A stretch of 64,000 nt of DNA from Macrostomum lignano (taxonomy: Eukaryota): assembly GCA_002269645.1 (NCBI GenBank), contig NIVC01001157.1, positions 62,001-126,000 on the forward strand. Reading direction: 5' to 3'. The position numbers and the translations under genes are program-made. Numbering within the stretch: the stretch's first letter is position 1; each line of letters begins with the position of its first letter. This document shows, piece by piece, positions 59,778 to 64,000 of the stretch. The notes below the pieces were generated by a model. That model ran no database searches. It was not told the origin of the DNA and saw nothing but the letters and a program-made list of their open reading frames with translations.

Positions 59778-61761
59778 TCGATTGATGCACTTTTATGTGC
59801 TGATTATAACATTCAATAGTGTGTTGGGTGCCAATAGTTTTTTCTGTTAGAATTGCCAATATTTATGTTTTTTCGTTAGTTTAGAAACCGATTAGAATTA
59901 TTTAGCGGCAATTAGAACCCGTGAAACTGAATAGGAGAGTCAATGATCTTTAATTTGTTTAAAAACATTTAGATACTAAATTTAGCGTCATGATTCATAC
60001 TACTTATGTATGCTTAGTAGTCAAGTAGTGCGTAATTCGCAATATTTAGCCAAGTAGAGTGTAGCAGATTATTTTTTCACTTAATTTTTTGATTTTTGCA
60101 ATATAATGCAGTCTTATTGATTGATTTTTAGGCAATTAAACCTCCGTTATTATTTATCTTGTATGTCATGCCTCTTGCTCAAAATAGACTTTATTTCTGT
60201 AGTACAGAAATTATCATTTCGCTTAGCTACACAAATAAATAAATTGATTAATTTTAGTAATCTGCTGGCTGATAGTTCTTCTCGCTGAGTTGTTTAATTT
60301 AATACACAATAGTCTGGTGAGTCGCGCCACCAAACCCAGTACCAATGTCACAATGTGTGTCGTGTGGCATCGTCCACTATCCCAGTGTGTCGTGCCACCC
60401 CTGTGCCAGACATCTACATGTATGTGCTCAGTGCCACTTACACTTGATATTAATTGTAATCGACTAACTCTTTCATCGCTTTATACTGAATCTATTAGTA
60501 TTTTATTCCTAAAGACAGTAACTGCGAAACATTTAAATAGTTTGTAGCATTTGCAACGGACAAAGCCGAAGATAAAGTTCATATTGCAGCCATTTCAGCA
60601 ATTATAGCTTAAATTATTTGCGTCAAGACCTAGTTTTAACATTAATTTCTATAATTGTTTTAGTAATGCTTGAACACAGCTATTTGCTGCTTTGGAATTG
60701 TTTATTTGCGGTGCGAATCATCCACGCTCTGTCTATAAATTTAAATGTTCAATTTTCTATGAAAGCAAGTTCAAGCAGTTCGAAAGCTGCTAAAAATTAC
60801 TAAAGCTAATACTCTGTTAACTTAATTTACAGCCACGCTGATGTATTTTTTCAAATGTATTTTTTTGCAGTTTCTTTTCTTTTCGGTTTTTAATATGATG
60901 ATAGGATTTCTAAATAGATTGATTTATTGATATTTTTACGATTGACTGAATCAATAAACGATTCAGGTCTTGAGGTCTATAAAATGAAAAGAGCTAAGTG
61001 AATCAGAGACAATGAATATTTGAAATTACTCAAACGTTTCTTAAACAATAAAAGTATCCATATAGTAATCTTATAGGTTTAGAATCAGATGTAGCTCTAG
61101 CTCTAGCCAGTTTTATTATATGCTACACATCTATATAAACAATGATTCTACTATGACTATAGTACTCTACTTTAACAAATTTATGGTTGCATGAAAGCCA
61201 ATGCAGGAAGTTGTCTTGAAAGCTTAAAAATAATTAAAAGGTGACATTTAACAACAAAATTTCAGTATTTTACTATTTTGTGGCAATGTGGCAATCAAAA
61301 ATACATATATGAAATTATAAAAAGTTGCTATTTTTAGATATTATTCATTAATTTTGGTCTCTAAGAAATTTTGCTCCATTATACCAAGTATAGTGTCATA
61401 GCCTTCATTCTATACCTCACCAACTAGAGTGGATTAAAAACTAGAGAAAATTAGACTGTTTTATATAAGATATAACTGGGACAATCTAATAGAAAAGAAG
61501 CAGTATAGTTTTAACTTTTAAATCAATATGTTTTGTCAATCTAAATTTATCTAAGTTGTCACTAAAAAGTATAATATTAATAATTTTTCAGTAATTTAGA
61601 TAAAAAAATAAGACTTAGACATAGTAAGTTCAACATAAATTTTTTTTCTCTATAATTTTAATGCTCCTAATTTCTAATGGTTCAAATTGTTAATGATAAA
61701 GTTTCAAATGAATTTGTTTTTTGTGTTGTTTGCATGCTTACCAATTTATCTTGTCTTCACT

Positions 61762-62139
61762 ATGCTCAGCTTATTTGCACTCGTGCTACTGTTAGTAGTG
61801 CCCAGCAGTGCCCTAGCTAGTAGGTCCGTGTCTGGCTATTTGATCTACTGCCCCTGTATGGGCCGTTTTGGCAATCAGGCTGAGCAGTTTCTTGGCGTCC
61901 TGGCATTTGCCCGCCAACTCCGCCGAACCCTGGTTGTGCCGCCATGGATATCGTATGGCAGGCCGGGTGCTGGCATCGACCTCACACCGTTTGGCAGGCA
62001 TTTCAACCTGACCAAGTTGGATGCCGCCCATCCAGTGATTGATATGCGCCAGTTTGTTGACAAGCTCTCGCCCGCTCTGTGGCCGGCTGGCAGCAGGGCA
62101 GTATTTTGCCACTCTGCTAGAGAGGATGGCACTTGTCAG
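61762..62139 (+). CDS. POFUT1: GDP-fucose protein O-fucosyltransferase 1, first coding exon (gene continues beyond the window)
   Basis: Signal peptide MLSLFALVLLLVVPSSALA, then GYLIYCPCMGRFGNQAEQFLGVLAFARQLRRTLVVPPW (GT65 signature); donor CAG|GTGCGG at 62140. Confidence 0.92.
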
Positions 62140-62220
62140 GTGCGGGCATTTTTCAAAGGCCTGTTATAAAAATTTTATTGTGACGAATTTGAAGCATCTC
62201 TGATCTTTTCCGTAGACTTT

Positions 62221-62264
62221 TTTTAGTTAGTTAGTTAGTTAGTTAGTTAGTCAGTTAGTTAGTC

Positions 62265-62307
<43 letters not shown>

Positions 62308-62308
62308 A

Positions 62309-62341
<33 letters not shown>

Positions 62342-62343
62342 AC

Positions 62344-62379
<36 letters not shown>

Positions 62380-62380
62380 C

Positions 62381-62433
<53 letters not shown>

Positions 62434-62438
62434 ACTAT

Positions 62439-62471
<33 letters not shown>

Positions 62472-62472
62472 C

Positions 62473-62547
<75 letters not shown>

Positions 62548-62592
62548 CAGTTAGTTAGTTAGTTAGTCAGTTAGTTAGTTAGTTAGTTAGTC

Positions 62593-62647
<55 letters not shown>

Positions 62648-62648
62648 C

Positions 62649-62695
<47 letters not shown>

Positions 62696-63281
62696 CAGTC
62701 AGTTAGTTAGTCAGTAGTTAGTTAGTAGTCAGTCAGTCAGTCAGTCAGTCAGTCAGTCAGACAGTCAGTCAGTCAGTCAGTCAGTCAGTCAGTCAGTCAG
62801 TCAGTCAGTCAGTCAGTCAGTCAGTCAGTCAGACAGTCAGTCAGTCAGTCAGTCAGACAGACAGCCAGTCAGTCAGTCAGACAGTCAGTCAGTCAGTCAG
62901 TCAGACAGTCAGTCAGTCAGTCAGTCAGTCAGACAGTCAGTCAGTCAGTCAGTCAGTCAGTCAGTCAGTCAGTCAGACAGTCAGTCAGACAGTCAGTCAG
63001 TCAGTCAGTCAGTCAGTCAGTCAGTCAGTCAGACAGTCAGTCAGACAGTCAGTCAGTCAGTCAGTCAGTCAGTCAGACAGTCAGTCAGACAGACAGTCAG
63101 TCAGTCAGTCAGTCAGTCAGACAGTCAGTCAGTCAGTCAGTCAGACAGTCAGTCAGTCAGTCAGTCAGTCAGACAGTCAGTCAGTCAGTCAGTCAGTCAG
63201 TCAGTCAGTCAGTCAGTCAGACAGTCAGTCAGTCAGTCAGACAGTCAGACAGTCAGTCAGTCAGTCAGTCAGACAGACAGA

Positions 63282-63312
<31 letters not shown>

Positions 63313-64000
63313 ACAGACAGTCAGTCAGTCAGTCAGTCAGTCAGACAGACAGACAGACAGACAGTCAGTCAGTCAGTCAGTCAGTCAGACAGTCAGTCAG
63401 TCAGTCAGTCAGACAGTCAGTCAGTCAGTCAGTCAGTCAGTCAGACAGTCAGTCAGTCAGTCAGTCAGTCAGACAGTCAGTCAGTCAGTCAGTCAGTCAG
63501 TCAGTCAGTCAGTCAGACAGTAAGTCAGTCAGTCAGTCAGTCAGTCAGTCAGTCAGACAGTCAGTCAGTCAGACAGTCAGTCAGTCAGTCAGACAGTCAG
63601 TCAGTCAGTCAGTCAGTCAGTCAGTCAGTCAGTCAGTCAGTCAGTCAGTCAGTCAGTCAGACAGTCAGTCAGTCAGTCAGTCAGACAGTCAGTCAGTCAG
63701 TCAGTCAGTCAGTCAGACAGTCAGTCAGTCAGTCAGTCAGTCAGTCAGTCAGACAGTCAGTCAGTCAGTCAGTCAGTCAGTCAGTCAGTCAGTCAGTCAG
63801 TCAGTCAGTCAGTCAGTCAGTCAGACAGTCAGTCAGTCAGTCAGTCAGTCAGTCAGTCAGTCAGTCAGTCAGTCAGTCAGTCAGTCAGACAGTCAGACAG
63901 TCAGTCAGTCAGTCAGACAGTCAGTCAGTCAGTCAGTCAGTCAGTCAGTCAGTCAGTCAGTCAGTCAGTCAGTCAGTCAGTCAGTCAGTCAGTCAGTCAG
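62221..64000. repeat. (TTAG)n switching to (TCAG/ACAG)n microsatellite in a POFUT1 intron
   Basis: Read directly; runs off the right edge. Confidence 0.97.

Noticed and set aside
57976-64000. Long inverted pair (GACT)n and (AGTC)n as a functional hairpin or TIR
   Set aside because: A common tetranucleotide microsatellite in introns of two separate genes, with no TSD or shared unique sequence.

Overview
Eukaryotic (invertebrate-like) genomic DNA with spliceosomal genes whose introns are packed with tandem repeats. The host species cannot be determined here; a free-living flatworm such as Macrostomum is only a guess. Layout: (1) a 14.3-kb near-perfect 30-bp satellite; (2) internal exons of a Cys-rich extracellular protein with a C-type-lectin-like module; (3) a complete 17-exon 5-oxoprolinase gene (OPLAH, 25840-59777, about 1298 aa after manual splicing); (4) the first coding exon of POFUT1. 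The main discovery sits in OPLAH intron 7: an 11.7-kb Polinton/Maverick element (32458-44155) with AGTAGT termini, ~1.05-kb TIRs and a 6-bp GATAAG TSD. It carries pPolB, integrase, packaging ATPase and a DEDD-like nuclease. It also carries what looks like its own basal-transcription kit: a divergent TATA-binding-protein (TBP) homolog and a PC4/Sub1-like protein. Canonical TATA boxes precede the pPolB, PC4-like and TBP-like genes, while a variant ATAAGA motif precedes the integrase, ATPase, small core-protein and nuclease genes. The integrase gene has a 112-nt GT-AG intron. An internal deletion fuses the integrase to a protease remnant and no capsid gene is left. The pPolB has one in-frame TAA. 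All protein assignments are by-eye motif recognition; no searches were run.
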